A stretch of 64,000 bases of DNA from an uncultured Nitrososphaeraceae archaeon. GTDB taxonomy: Archaea > Thermoproteota > Nitrososphaeria > Nitrososphaerales > Nitrososphaeraceae. Both the position numbers and the translations under genes were made by a program. The notes under the pieces are model-generated. The model saw only the letters and a list, made by a program, of their open reading frames with translations, had not been told where the DNA came from and searched no databases. The stretch is from NCBI GenBank assembly GCA_963729045.1, contig CAVSMN010000015.1:64001-128000 (forward strand). The letters are read 5' to 3'. The first letter of the stretch is position 1, and each line of letters opens with the position of its first letter. Shown here piece by piece: positions 21,881 through 33,121 of this stretch.

Positions 21881-23060
21881 CAAATTATAGAGTTTATTTA
21901 AGAAATTAAGACTATTTACATAAAAATTAGAATTCTCAAAACTTTACTTTAAGCCGAATTTGTGGGGATATAATTAATTTATTGATTTTGTTAGGGTATT
22001 GATAAAGTTTGATAAAGTCTACCATTAAATTGACTTCAAATTTTGTTTTCCATGAAGGGTATCCAGAGTTATATTCTCATTCCAAAGAGTGGATGTTGGA
22101 ACATATATTCTATTGGCTAATCATTTTGGATCAATCACAAAGGATCCTCGCACTATTAAAATATGATTGCTTATGATCATAAAAAATGAAAGAACAGATT
22201 ATTTATATTCAATATTCTAGAAGCACATACAAACCACAATATCATTATAATGAAAGAAGACGGCATCTTGGATTCGATACCTCATGAATTTAGGACTTCA
22301 ATGTTAAACTCAATAGCCATTCAGCGTATCCATGGATTATGCATACATTCGTCCAAACACCTGAAGGGACAAAAAATAAACTTCCTTTTAAGGGTTCATT
22401 GATATATTAAGTGTGGAGTCTGATCCCTTTTCTCTTGACCAATTAATCAAAAGCGACACCAAGAGACACCAGTTCTGTACATAATTAACCAAAATTATAT
22501 CTGTAAATATCAAGGATTTGCTTATATAATATTAGTTAGTCTACTGGTCCTAAAATATGATATGAAAGGAGCAAAAAAACATTGAACTGTTAATCAGTTT
22601 GTACTAATCTTTAGAATATTAAATCAGTAAAGAAAATTATAAAAAGCACTATTAGTGACAGAAATTTACGTATATAGTCAAATATTATAAAAAATTATTA
22701 ACAAAGTACCAAAAGTATTGACAAATTTCACATCACAAGACCAGTATTCAAATTGGTGAAAAAAAATCAAACCATTATTTTAGACTTTTGATAATATATC
22801 GTCAAGTCGAAGATGATAACCTATAATGGTGTCAAATAACCAGAGGTTAACTCAAGTGCTGCTGGTGGAATTAAACTATAATGGATTTCACAGCGGTTGA
22901 CCACTCATCATTGTGAAAAAATTTTTCTATCTTGTATGAATATCCGTTGTTTTCCAGAGTATTACATCGAGGCCAGAATGATGCTTTCACCAGAAGCAAA
23001 CTTTAATACGAAAATAGTAAAATATGAATTTTTGAAGATGAGCTCGAATTAGGTAACAAG

Positions 23061-24026
23061 TTATTTTGTTTTAAGCTCATCGATCAATCTATCTATATTG
23101 ATATTTGGATTCCCGTTTTCATCTTTTATTGTTTGCAGTGCTGGTGGATATTCCTTGTAATTGTCAATTCTGCTTTGTAATCTTTCTTCATATGTGGGTG
23201 TATTCTTATTTTCATAAAATACCCCAACAGGAATTCTATTTTCCCATTCTTTTGATTTTTCTATCGCTTTGATTATCTTATCAGATGACTCCTCATCATT
23301 ATCCACTACCCCGTTATATCCTTCTTCCTCTAGCTTGTATATCTTGGGAATTCTTATTGAAGGATTATTCTCATCTAGAGTAAAACTTTGATACCATTCC
23401 TTTGTGTTTATATCATTGTATGTAGGACAAGGCTGTAATACGTCAATAAAGGATAAACCACCATGCTCTATTCCCTTCTTAATTACCTCCTTTAGATGTT
23501 TTATGTCATACGAATATCCTCTTGCTATATAGGTGAAACCACTGATACAAGCCAATGCTATAGGATTAATACTATCATTTACATTGGGCTGAGGCAAAGA
23601 TTTTGTCTTCATTCCTAATTTTAGCGTGGGAGATGCTTGACCCTTGGTTAATCCGTAAACTCCGTTATTGTAAATAATATATGTGATATCGATGTTTCGT
23701 CTTCCTGAATTTACAAAATGTCCGGAACCTATTCCTAATCCATCTCCATCACCACCTACAGCCAGAATTTTCAAATTCGGGTTGGCCAGTTTGGCTCCTT
23801 GAGCGAAGGGCAATACTCTGCCATGTAACGTGTGTATTCCAAATGTATTAATAAAATGGGGGGTTTTTCCAGAACATCCAATTCCAGAAAAAATTGCAGC
23901 TTGATGCGGAGGTATTTCTAATTCATAAAGAGACATTTGTATTGCATTAAGTATACCAAAGTCTCCACAACCTGCACACCAGTCATTATGAACCGGTGTC
24001 TTAAAATCGGCTAATTTATACTCCAT
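23061..24026 (-). CDS. 2-oxoacid:ferredoxin oxidoreductase beta subunit
   Basis: WCAGCG, SGIGCS, GGDGD, NNGVYGLTKGQ and LQPCPTYN motifs. Confidence 0.96.
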   Translation of the reverse strand: MEYKLADFKTPVHNDWCAGCGDFGILNAIQMSLYELEIPPHQAAIFSGIGCSGKTPHFINTFGIHTLHGRVLPFAQGAKLANPNLKILAVGGDGDGLGIGSGHFVNSGRRNIDITYIIYNNGVYGLTKGQASPTLKLGMKTKSLPQPNVNDSINPIALACISGFTYIARGYSYDIKHLKEVIKKGIEHGGLSFIDVLQPCPTYNDINTKEWYQSFTLDENNPSIRIPKIYKLEEEGYNGVVDNDEESSDKIIKAIEKSKEWENRIPVGVFYENKNTPTYEERLQSRIDNYKEYPPALQTIKDENGNPNINIDRLIDELKTK

Positions 24027-26049
24027 CTTTTAATACAACTCTCCGTTCAGATTGGTTATTCATTATGTTTATTAAAGAATTGTAAATTTCGGTATGAGAC
24101 ATTGGCCTACCATTATATTTTAGTATATTATGATCCGAATGCAAGTTTGTATTTTGTTTTATTAGAATGTCCAATTGCGACAAATAGTTCATCTCAATAA
24201 TTGTTATAATTGTTTCAATGTTGGAGGATGCATTGTCAAGAGTTTTAAATTTTTCCATTTTATTATTTACCATGTCTTCCAAAAGTTTTCCTGGAAAAGG
24301 ATTTAATAATTTGATTTGAAGGTACAAGAATTGAGTTGTATCATCTGATTCAGTTATTTTTTCTAATGAATCTAGAATTGCTCCTTTCGTAGATCCCCAA
24401 CTAACTATTACCATTAATCTTTTCACATTACTACTTTTATTATTTTCAAATTCGATCGTAATTTGTTCTTCTTTAGGTATTCTATTCTGTATTAATTCTA
24501 ATTTAGACAATCTCTTTTCCATCATGCTAATCCTAGTCTCTGGGTCTTCGGTTATATGACCCATTTCGTCATGTTCATCGCCTGTATTCCAGAATATACC
24601 ATTTTCTGTGCCTAACGGTACGCGCATGGTAATCGGATCATCGCTCAATTCGAATCTTTTAAAGTGATCTGAAAAGCCTTGTTGCTTAATCTCTATCGAA
24701 TTACCCTCTAATATTTTCCCCCTTTCAATCTTCAGATTTTTATATTCAAATGGGCTACATGTAATGATGCTATTAGAAAGATACTTGTCTAACATGTGGA
24801 TAACTGGTGTCTGGAAAATATCTGCATAATTGAATACTCTAATTGTATCGTAAAAGCTTTCTTCGATATCTCCAGAGGAATATACGATCCTTGGAAATTC
24901 ACCATGTCCTGCATTAATTGCGAATAATAGATCTCCTTGTTCTTGTCTTGTGGGTAGTCCAGTCGATGGTCCTGCTCGTTGATACAAACTAACCAATAAA
25001 GGAACTTCATTTATTCCTGCCCATCCTAATGCTTCTGCCATCAGAGAAAATCCAGGACCTGAAGTAGTAGTGCAGGCTCTTACACCGGTTAAAGCCGCTC
25101 CGATAGCCATAGTTATAGCGGCTATTTCATCTTCCGTTTGAATTACTACTACTGATCCATTATTATTATCGTTTTGATCTAGAATCTGGTTTGATTCTAG
25201 ATATTCACTGTCATCGGTAGCTGGCGTAATAGGATAGTATGTTTGAAATCTACAGCCGGCCACAATTTTTCCTAGAGGTGAAGTTTGATTCCCTTGTGCA
25301 ATAATGGAATTACTATTCGCTTCGTCCTGAATTTTTGATACAAATGAAAATTTTTCTGGTATCGCACCGAAGTTCTCCTTAACATAAGAATAAGTGAAAT
25401 TTGCCGCTTTCACGTTGAGTTCTGCTATCTTTGGTTTGTTAGCAAATGTATCTAGTATCCCTTGTTCCATAAGGGGAATATCAAAATCTAAAACTGCCAA
25501 TGAAGCTGCAAGTGACATTACGTTGGTAATTCTTGCTAATTTACTTAGGGAATGATCTTGAATCGCCTCCGAAAACTTGTTTATTAATTTAGTATATGGT
25601 AATTTTACCAGTATGACTTTCCTCTCTTTGAGCTCCTCTACTATTCCTGCAAGACTAAATTCTTTGCTCTTGCTCTTTAAGATATGTGATATTCTCTTTT
25701 CGGATGATTTGTCTAGTGTATGGATATCCTCAATTTTCTTTCCTACAACATCTGGATCATAAATCAATATTCCGCCTTTTAATAAGAATGGGGAGTGTCT
25801 TACTATTGTTTCAGCATCAAAAGTTACAAGAATGTCAATATCATCAACAGGAGACCTTACAATTTGATTTGAAAATCTCACAGAGAAGTAGCTATGTTCT
25901 CCTTTTATGTTCGAGTGGTATTCTCTCTTACCAAATACATTTAAACCCGACATCGCTATAGATTTTAGAAATATGTGGGACGCGGAATCTACTCCACTTC
26001 CTTGAGGCCCACCTATAACCCAAGAAATGGACTCTCTAGAAATAACCAT
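24016..26049 (-). CDS. 2-oxoacid:ferredoxin oxidoreductase alpha (gamma-alpha fusion) subunit
   Basis: GGPQGSG, YYPITP, EDEIAA, TSGPG and QRAGPSTGLPT motifs; overlaps the beta gene. Confidence 0.96.
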   Translation of the reverse strand: MVISRESISWVIGGPQGSGVDSASHIFLKSIAMSGLNVFGKREYHSNIKGEHSYFSVRFSNQIVRSPVDDIDILVTFDAETIVRHSPFLLKGGILIYDPDVVGKKIEDIHTLDKSSEKRISHILKSKSKEFSLAGIVEELKERKVILVKLPYTKLINKFSEAIQDHSLSKLARITNVMSLAASLAVLDFDIPLMEQGILDTFANKPKIAELNVKAANFTYSYVKENFGAIPEKFSFVSKIQDEANSNSIIAQGNQTSPLGKIVAGCRFQTYYPITPATDDSEYLESNQILDQNDNNNGSVVVIQTEDEIAAITMAIGAALTGVRACTTTSGPGFSLMAEALGWAGINEVPLLVSLYQRAGPSTGLPTRQEQGDLLFAINAGHGEFPRIVYSSGDIEESFYDTIRVFNYADIFQTPVIHMLDKYLSNSIITCSPFEYKNLKIERGKILEGNSIEIKQQGFSDHFKRFELSDDPITMRVPLGTENGIFWNTGDEHDEMGHITEDPETRISMMEKRLSKLELIQNRIPKEEQITIEFENNKSSNVKRLMVIVSWGSTKGAILDSLEKITESDDTTQFLYLQIKLLNPFPGKLLEDMVNNKMEKFKTLDNASSNIETIITIIEMNYLSQLDILIKQNTNLHSDHNILKYNGRPMSHTEIYNSLINIMNNQSERRVVLKDGV

Positions 26050-26114
26050 TAATTACATTAATATCAGCGCTTGTTCTTATTATAGTTTCAATCAATCATG
26101 ATTGGAAAGTTCAC

Positions 26115-26273
26115 TCAACCGCCAGTCATCGAGTCATGAAGACAACACTCGCATTTATCTCCTCTTCCACAGTAAGGGCATACGCACATGCAAGCCTCAA
26201 GAACATTTCCACAAAGATCACACAAAACTGTATCTTCGCTTTCATTTAACTGGAAATCAGTTCCTTGATTCAA
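26115..26273 (-). CDS. 52-aa Cys-rich microprotein ending in Gly-Gly (not in ORF track)
   Basis: TTG start; MNQGTDFQLNESEDTVLCDLCGNVLEACMCVCPYCGRGDKCECCLHDSMTGG*, with 9 Cys in CxxC, CxCxCxxC and CxCC clusters. Confidence 0.75.
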   Translation of the reverse strand: MNQGTDFQLNESEDTVLCDLCGNVLEACMCVCPYCGRGDKCECCLHDSMTGG

Positions 26274-26982
26274 TAACCTATTTTAATCAGATCATCGTAT
26301 TAATACTTATACCTTAGTTGGAATGGAATTTGTTCAAGAACTTGTAGTTAAATTTACCAGGGGAGTATGATTATGTTAGATTATTCCCACTAGTTGGTTC
26401 GAGTGAAAAGATCCATGTCTAGGATGAAGAAATTGATTCTCTTTGTTATAACATTGAATCTCTAATAAAACTCGAATCGATTCAATCAATAGATTACAAA
26501 AACCACATACTTTCCATTTATTATGCTATTTCAAACATGAAATTTTGCAAGGTCTCAAAAAGTTAACTAGCTCACTACACCTCAGATAAAATCCTAAACA
26601 ATGGTTGACAGTATCATAATAAAGATAAAAATTACTCTAAATGAAATATCAAATATTGTCCATATCTCAATCATTTATTACCATTAAATCACGTCCTAAA
26701 AACCATGAAGGGGGTTCATGGCATGATTCACAAACCTTAGATTCATGATATTTCGATATTTGTATTTGGAAATCAATCTTTTTCATGATTCTATTAGTAT
26801 CCATTCAATAAGATAGGATCTTTTTCATTTACATAATTTTTCATCTTCTAATACGAATTCGGTGATACGCCTTTGTATGTTATAGAATTTCGACAATGTT
26901 TGATTATTGTTATAAAAAATTGATGTTTCACTAATAGAGGATACAGCAAACTTTTTATCTATGTAAGAAGTTGAATCCCTAG

Positions 26983-27561
26983 ATGAATAAGAAGAGCGGC
27001 AACAAACCCGCTATGGTGTTTCTAATTGTAACCTTTATTGCAGGAGCATCCATATTAGCTAGTATTATTGCACTACTTCCAATGGCTGATGGTCACGGAG
27101 TTCAAGCTCAGCTTCAAAGTAGATTCGTTAGAATCAACGATGAAGCTTTTTCAGCGCAATCCCTAAACACTGGTGACACATTGGTAGTTACAGGCGAACT
27201 TCAAAGTTTGGTAAATAGACCAATGAGAGGTTGGATATCACTTTTCAGTGAATCTACTAATGCTGGAAATAGATGGGAATTCATTAGTCGAGATCCACCA
27301 GGAAACATCATTGAAATTCAACCACAAGAAACCATTCCATACCAAATTGAAGCAAAGGCATTAGAACCAGGGATTTATCACGTTCACACACAACTCAATC
27401 TCGCAAACGTAGGTCCAGGTTTGGGTCCAGGTCAAACTGTTCAGGTAGTTGGTGAACCAATACTTAAACCAATTCCATGGAACAACATAATATATCAGAG
27501 CATAATTATTGCTGCTGGGCTTGGAGTAACATTTGCTACAAGACCGTGGCAAGTAATTTAA
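26983..27561 (+). CDS. amoB: Archaeal ammonia monooxygenase subunit B
   Basis: Signal peptide then HGVQAQLQSRF, NAGNRWE, YHVHTQLN, GPGLGPG and C-terminal TRPWQVI. Confidence 0.98.
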   Translation: MNKKSGNKPAMVFLIVTFIAGASILASIIALLPMADGHGVQAQLQSRFVRINDEAFSAQSLNTGDTLVVTGELQSLVNRPMRGWISLFSESTNAGNRWEFISRDPPGNIIEIQPQETIPYQIEAKALEPGIYHVHTQLNLANVGPGLGPGQTVQVVGEPILKPIPWNNIIYQSIIIAAGLGVTFATRPWQVI

Positions 27562-27965
27562 CCTATTTTTTTTCCATAATTCAATCATAAATTGTAATTT
27601 TATCGTAATAATCTTGGTTGAAAACTACTAGTAAATATTTGGAGCTTGTAGCTTTTTTAACAATATTTTAATTTTCAGAAAAAATTTATAATACTATTTT
27701 AGTCAAAACATTAGATTTTGCATAAGTTATGCTGTTACCTTATGCTTTCTTGATGCTCTTATGAGACGGATTTTATTCAAAATTGTAGTGAAAAAGTTCT
27801 TACTTTCCATTTCTATGTATTTAATTTAACACAATTATTTTTAAATCTTTTGTGAAACCAATATCATCAACCACTAGTTATATCCTTGGTCAAAAATTAA
27901 TATCAATGGTATGGCATACGACCACTAAGAGAAATCTTTTTTTATTTAATGGTTAAGAAACTGTT

Positions 27966-28379
27966 ATGCAAGAAGTGGTAAGTGAAATCATGTCTAGTCA
28001 TGTTGTTACAATTAATTCTGATAAATCTGCATTAGATGCCGCTTTGCTGATGAAAGAAAAAAGGATTAGCTCTCTGATAGTTCAGGATAATGATGAATTG
28101 CTCGGAATCATTACGGAGCGAGATTTTGTTAAAAGAGTTTGTGCTAATGATAGAGTGTCATCAGAAGTGAAGATATCTGAATTAATGTCCAAGATCCAGA
28201 CCTATGCAGCACCAGATACTCCTGTGGATGTTGCGGTTCAACGAATGATCAATAATCGAATAAGGCGATTGCCTGTTATATCAAATGGAAAAGTGATAGG
28301 GATCATTACTGTCACTGATTTAGCTAAAGAATTGCGCAGGATCATGCTAACTCAAGGGATAGTCGAACTTATTGATTAA
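27966..28379 (+). CDS. CBS-domain pair protein
   Basis: ISSLIV..GIITERD and IRRLPV..GIITVTD CBS repeats. Confidence 0.9.
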   Translation: MQEVVSEIMSSHVVTINSDKSALDAALLMKEKRISSLIVQDNDELLGIITERDFVKRVCANDRVSSEVKISELMSKIQTYAAPDTPVDVAVQRMINNRIRRLPVISNGKVIGIITVTDLAKELRRIMLTQGIVELID

Positions 28380-28465
28380 ATTCTGTTATTTATTATAAGT
28401 ATAATGCTATCTTCTCTTGTTACCCGTAACCCTTAATTTGTTATGTAACTCCTTTGTATGTTGTA

Positions 28466-28695
28466 TGATTAATTTTGATAAAAAGGTATTACTTAAAAAA
28501 TGGATACCGATCATTGTAATTATCTTTGCAGTGTCCTCATTACTAGGATTATTATTGGGGATCCCTGGATCTCAGATTCTCTCAGCTGTTGTTGTATCTT
28601 TAATTTTAATAACTTCTGCCTTCTTGTTCCAAATGGTGGGTCGAAATCGTTTTGACAACCAGAATGACAAAATGGGATTATCAAAATGTTTGTAG
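28466..28695 (+). CDS. Small two-TM hypothetical protein
   Basis: Two hydrophobic helices; ATG at about 28466 preferred over the upstream TTG. Confidence 0.45.
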
Positions 28696-28770
28696 GGGTT
28701 TTTCATATACGGACTGGCTGTCGCATTCTTAATGGGTAAGCAGCAGGACTCCTGTTGCTAAATATTTGAA

Positions 28771-29820
28771 ATGCTCCTTATCGTTGTACTGTCTAACATT
28801 TTGATGATTCTCATTCACTTGGCCTATATTACCGACTTTGATCAAGCTTTTTCCATAAATGGAACTTCGAGTTTGAAAATATTGCAGGACTATGCATTAT
28901 CCAAGATAAATGCAGATCGATTGAGTGTTGGACTCAACCCTGTATCTCTAAGTGATAATAAGGCTGCTCAATATCATGCAGCTGAAATACTACAATCAGA
29001 GCTTTTATCTCATTGGAGCAAGAATGGGTTAAAACCCTACATGTTATATTCTTTACATAATGGTACCGGTTACGTACAACAAAACATAGGTCAAATAAGC
29101 TATATTAATACTGATGATGCCATGAAAGGAATAACCGCTCATTCTTTTTGTACCAGTGATTCCAGATTATATTGTGAGCCGCTAGATCCTTTTGATGCAA
29201 TTGATAAGCTAGAAAATTCTATGATCTTCAATGATTTTTTGTGCTGTCACAATGGTCATAAAAACAATATTTTGGATAAACTTCATACAAATGTAAGTAT
29301 CGGGATAGCATTTAATGAATATTATTTTGTTCTCGTTCAGAATTTTGAAAACAATTATCTGAGTTACAATCTCTCAAATGAAGACAATGAGTTTTTATTG
29401 GAAGCAAAATTGCTTGATCCGAAAAAAAACCTGCAATTAAGTCATATTTCATTCTATTTTGACAACCCACCTAACCAGGGGGAGTACGAAGAGAACAAAA
29501 ATAAATTAAACTATAGCATGGGTAATTTAGGACTAATCGTAAGTAAACCATTAGAATTTTATGAACAATATGTTCAACCCGAATCTTATCATATAATTGA
29601 AGCAGAAAATTGGGATATTCGCAATGACAGCCTAAATGTCTCATTTAAACTTCCTGATGATTTAGAAATAAATGATAGAATAGTCACCATGGTAATGTAC
29701 GCCAATAACAAGACTGAATATCCTTCAATTCCTGACATTGATGATGGGAATCTTCAAAGGGAAATAATCCCCCTAGCTTCATACATCATCCCTAACAAAA
29801 CTGTTTCAGGGTTTGAATAA
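28771..29820 (+). CDS. CAP/SCP-domain exported protein
   Basis: IN.DR...GL.P..L, AAQYHA, HKNNILD and VSIGIA..LVQNF CAP motifs. Confidence 0.8.
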   Translation: MLLIVVLSNILMILIHLAYITDFDQAFSINGTSSLKILQDYALSKINADRLSVGLNPVSLSDNKAAQYHAAEILQSELLSHWSKNGLKPYMLYSLHNGTGYVQQNIGQISYINTDDAMKGITAHSFCTSDSRLYCEPLDPFDAIDKLENSMIFNDFLCCHNGHKNNILDKLHTNVSIGIAFNEYYFVLVQNFENNYLSYNLSNEDNEFLLEAKLLDPKKNLQLSHISFYFDNPPNQGEYEENKNKLNYSMGNLGLIVSKPLEFYEQYVQPESYHIIEAENWDIRNDSLNVSFKLPDDLEINDRIVTMVMYANNKTEYPSIPDIDDGNLQREIIPLASYIIPNKTVSGFE

Positions 29821-30361
29821 GTGTGAATTTTCTGGCCGGATTCGCGACATTTTTACAAATTTCTTTATTTTATTATTGTTACAGAGATACTTTCAAGTTT
29901 TGACCCCATACTTGTCTGTCCACATATGTTATTCTGCATCCAATTTTAGAAAATAATTAGAAAAAGTGGTTGGCAAAGGAAAATGTTGGCTCAAAGACTT
30001 CAGTCATTCCAAAATAGTATCTTTTCTCTTTTTCTCTTATTTTGACACTCTTTGGCTGCCTAGTCATGAACACTTATTTATCTAGTTTTAGGCATTTTCA
30101 CTTTGTTACCGAATATGTTCTTCTCTTTGAGAATGATGATTATCTCATGTATGGTAAATCAAACTAATTATCTGTCTTACTTGACTAATATGTCTTAATT
30201 ATCTTGTAATTATAATATGTCTATTTTTCCATGGTATCCTTTAAAATTGACCTGAGCGGTTATTTAATTACAATATACTAGTGAAGATAAAATTGATCAT
30301 ATTTGCACAATTAGGTAATCATGCTGTATTATGAAATAAAATAAAAGAATGAACAGGGATG

Positions 30362-32165
30362 TTATTTAATTTTGTTTAGCTCATTTATTTTATCATTAAC
30401 GAGATTAAACCCTCTCTGCCAGAAATCTTCTTTAGAAATGTCAATACCCTCATCTAATAGTAAATCTTCTGGTTTTTTCGAGCCTCCAGATGACAGAATC
30501 CTAATGTATTTGGGTATGAATCCTTTACCCTCATTCTTGAATTGTTGATATAACGACATTACTAACAAATTTCCAAATGAATACGCGTAACAATAGAAAG
30601 GTGAATGATAAAAATGAGGAATGTACAACCATTCGTATTTAAAATCATCAGATATCTTTAATTGAATTTCCAAATTGCTCTCTTAAATTATCCATGTAAA
30701 TTTCTGATAATTCGTCTATATTTGTAGCACTGTTTTTCCCGATCGTTTCATGAGCTGAAATTTCAAAAATTGTAAAATATGCTTGTCTCATAATCGTCGC
30801 ATAAAAGTCATCTATTTGTTCTGCTAGCATGATTTTCCTATCTTTTTTCTTAACCTGATCCAAAAGCCGATCGTTAAGTATCATCTCCCCAAATACTGAT
30901 GCAGTTTCTGCTAGTGGTAATGAAGGATGCTGTACGCTAATTGGCTTATCCGCTGCAAGAACACTGTGAATTGCATGCCCAAATTCATGTGCCATAGTTG
31001 AAATGTCCCTTAAAGTGCCGTCAAAATTCAAGAGTACAAAAGGGTCGACTTTGGGACTTATTGTTGAACAGAAAGCTCCCCCTTGTTTATTGTCCTGAAG
31101 TTTTGAGTGGATATGTTTTTTAGTAACCAAATCTTGTACTATTGTCTTAAACTCTGGATGAAAATCATCAAAAGCATCTAAAACCATCTTAAGAGCCTCT
31201 CCGAAAGTAATTTTCTTCTGATTTTGCGTTTTCAAAGGAGCATAAAGATGATATCTCTCTAGTTTCTTAACCTTCAATATTTTTGCCTTTTCCCTGAAAT
31301 ACTGGTGAAAGACTTTAGAGTTAGATCTACATACATTAAGAAGCGCCCTGATTGTCTCATCGCTAATATTGTTTGATAGGTTTCTTACAGAAATAGGTGT
31401 CGGAAAGCCTCGAAGTAAGACGTATTCATTATTCCAGTTTAAAATCCGGTTGATATAAATCTCGCCCAAGACTCCGCTATTTTTCTTATACGTTGACAAC
31501 AACGATCTATAGGCAGCAACTCTTTCAGAAGATCTGGAACTTCTCACCAAAGAGACCAGCTTTTCCTTGTTAGTAATAGTTTTTCTTATCTTTCTAGTTC
31601 CTCTTTCTTCGATATACTCAAACTCAAAACCATTTGTCATCCTATCATAAATCTTGATTAACGCGCTCATCCCCGTAACATCAAGTATGTTTATTATCTT
31701 CTCTTCTGATTCATTCAGAGTATATTTTGACATGGAACGTTCATGAAGTAAATAATCTTTGTAAACATCTGGAGATCCTTTTATTAAACGATCGGCATTT
31801 TCCTTGTCTAACGCTTTCTTGAACCATAAATCAAAGAATAGAAGTTTGTTAGATATTTCTGAGGAAAAAATATTTACTTTTGTAACTAATGCGCCTATAT
31901 CATTCGAAGATGTATCTTCAGCATACTTCAAATGAGCATACCCAGCAACATAACTTAAAGATTCTGCAATTTCTTCGGATTCTTTGATTAATTTCATAAA
32001 ATCAGTTGTAGTAATATCATGTCCTAAAGATGATTTTTTCTCCTCAAAGTTTGCTACTTTAGCGTTGATATCGCCCAGTGATTTGTCGAACTCATTTTTA
32101 ATAGGATCCTTCAAGAGTTCTGACAAATCCCATACACCTGTTTTCACTTTCAAACCCTTTGACAT
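30362..32165 (-). CDS. pepF: M3B oligoendopeptidase F, +1 frameshift at about 30658
   Basis: WDLSEL, KQGGAFC, HEFGH zinc motif and LAETAS; C-terminal ORF has W..IPHFY..PFYCYAYSFG. Confidence 0.92.
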
Positions 32166-32268
32166 GGCTTTACCTTGTATTCGTCGGGTTTATTTGTCTT
32201 TAAGAACATAAATAAAGAATCAGGGATATCTGATCATGCCTGCAACGGATATAATATTTATTGACTTT

Positions 32269-33009
32269 CTAATTTCCAAAAATTTTCTTTTGTAGTAAAT
32301 CATAGGCGCGTATTGCTTGGTCCCTTTCTAATATCAGAACTATTTCATTACTGCCAAAAAAAACGTTATTTAGAGTAATTTTATAATTGTTCAAAACATC
32401 AAATATATTAAATAACAATTGTCTTATTCCCATTATATTATCGGAGAATAGGGTTATTGTAATTCTTGATAATCCTTCAGTTATCTTGCCATTGCATTTT
32501 TCTGTTAAGGATGTAATTATTTTTCTTGAACTAAACATATCTTCAGTTACTATCCTTATTTTTTCGGTAGTTCGTATCAAATTATAATCCATCAGGGTTT
32601 CTTGCGTAAATTCATCTAACAAGTCATTTACATTCTTGAACGAATCTTGATTACCAAGGTCAATATCGATGATGCTTCCAGTGAGTTTCATCCTTGCGTC
32701 TTGTGAAGATATATGCGATTTTTGCTCTTGAAATTCGTTTCCATTTAAATGATTTCCAATTGTCTTATCTTCTGCTCTTTGGTTTTCTAAATATCTTGAT
32801 TTATTTATCAAGTCCGCGAACCTCTTAATAGCCACTACAATTGTGCCTATGTTAACTCGTGTTCCAGTAACTGATTCTACATCGGATTGTATCTTGTTGG
32901 CTATTGCGGTGTAATTAGCAATTCCGGATTTCACTGCTTTTAAGTATAAATCATTTGACAAGATAATCTCTTTTACAGCCTGTGGGACCGAGATGTCTCG
33001 GACATACAT
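32269..33009 (-). CDS. HTH plus ACT-like domain protein
   Basis: GIANYTAIA..I N-terminal motif and ACT-like C-terminal repeats. Confidence 0.6.
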   Translation of the reverse strand: MYVRDISVPQAVKEIILSNDLYLKAVKSGIANYTAIANKIQSDVESVTGTRVNIGTIVVAIKRFADLINKSRYLENQRAEDKTIGNHLNGNEFQEQKSHISSQDARMKLTGSIIDIDLGNQDSFKNVNDLLDEFTQETLMDYNLIRTTEKIRIVTEDMFSSRKIITSLTEKCNGKITEGLSRITITLFSDNIMGIRQLLFNIFDVLNNYKITLNNVFFGSNEIVLILERDQAIRAYDLLQKKIFGN

Positions 33010-33121
33010 TACATGTAATAAATAGTTCCCGAATAAGATAAACTTTACTATATTTTCAAATAATTTATATAATGTACAAATTATTTCATAATGTAATAGG
33101 TTTGTAACGTGGTTATTTTGA

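Noticed and set aside
22250..22402. 50-aa ORF with HEFRTSMLNSI resembling a HisKA H-box
   Set aside because: Similarity is too short and no other kinase motifs are nearby.
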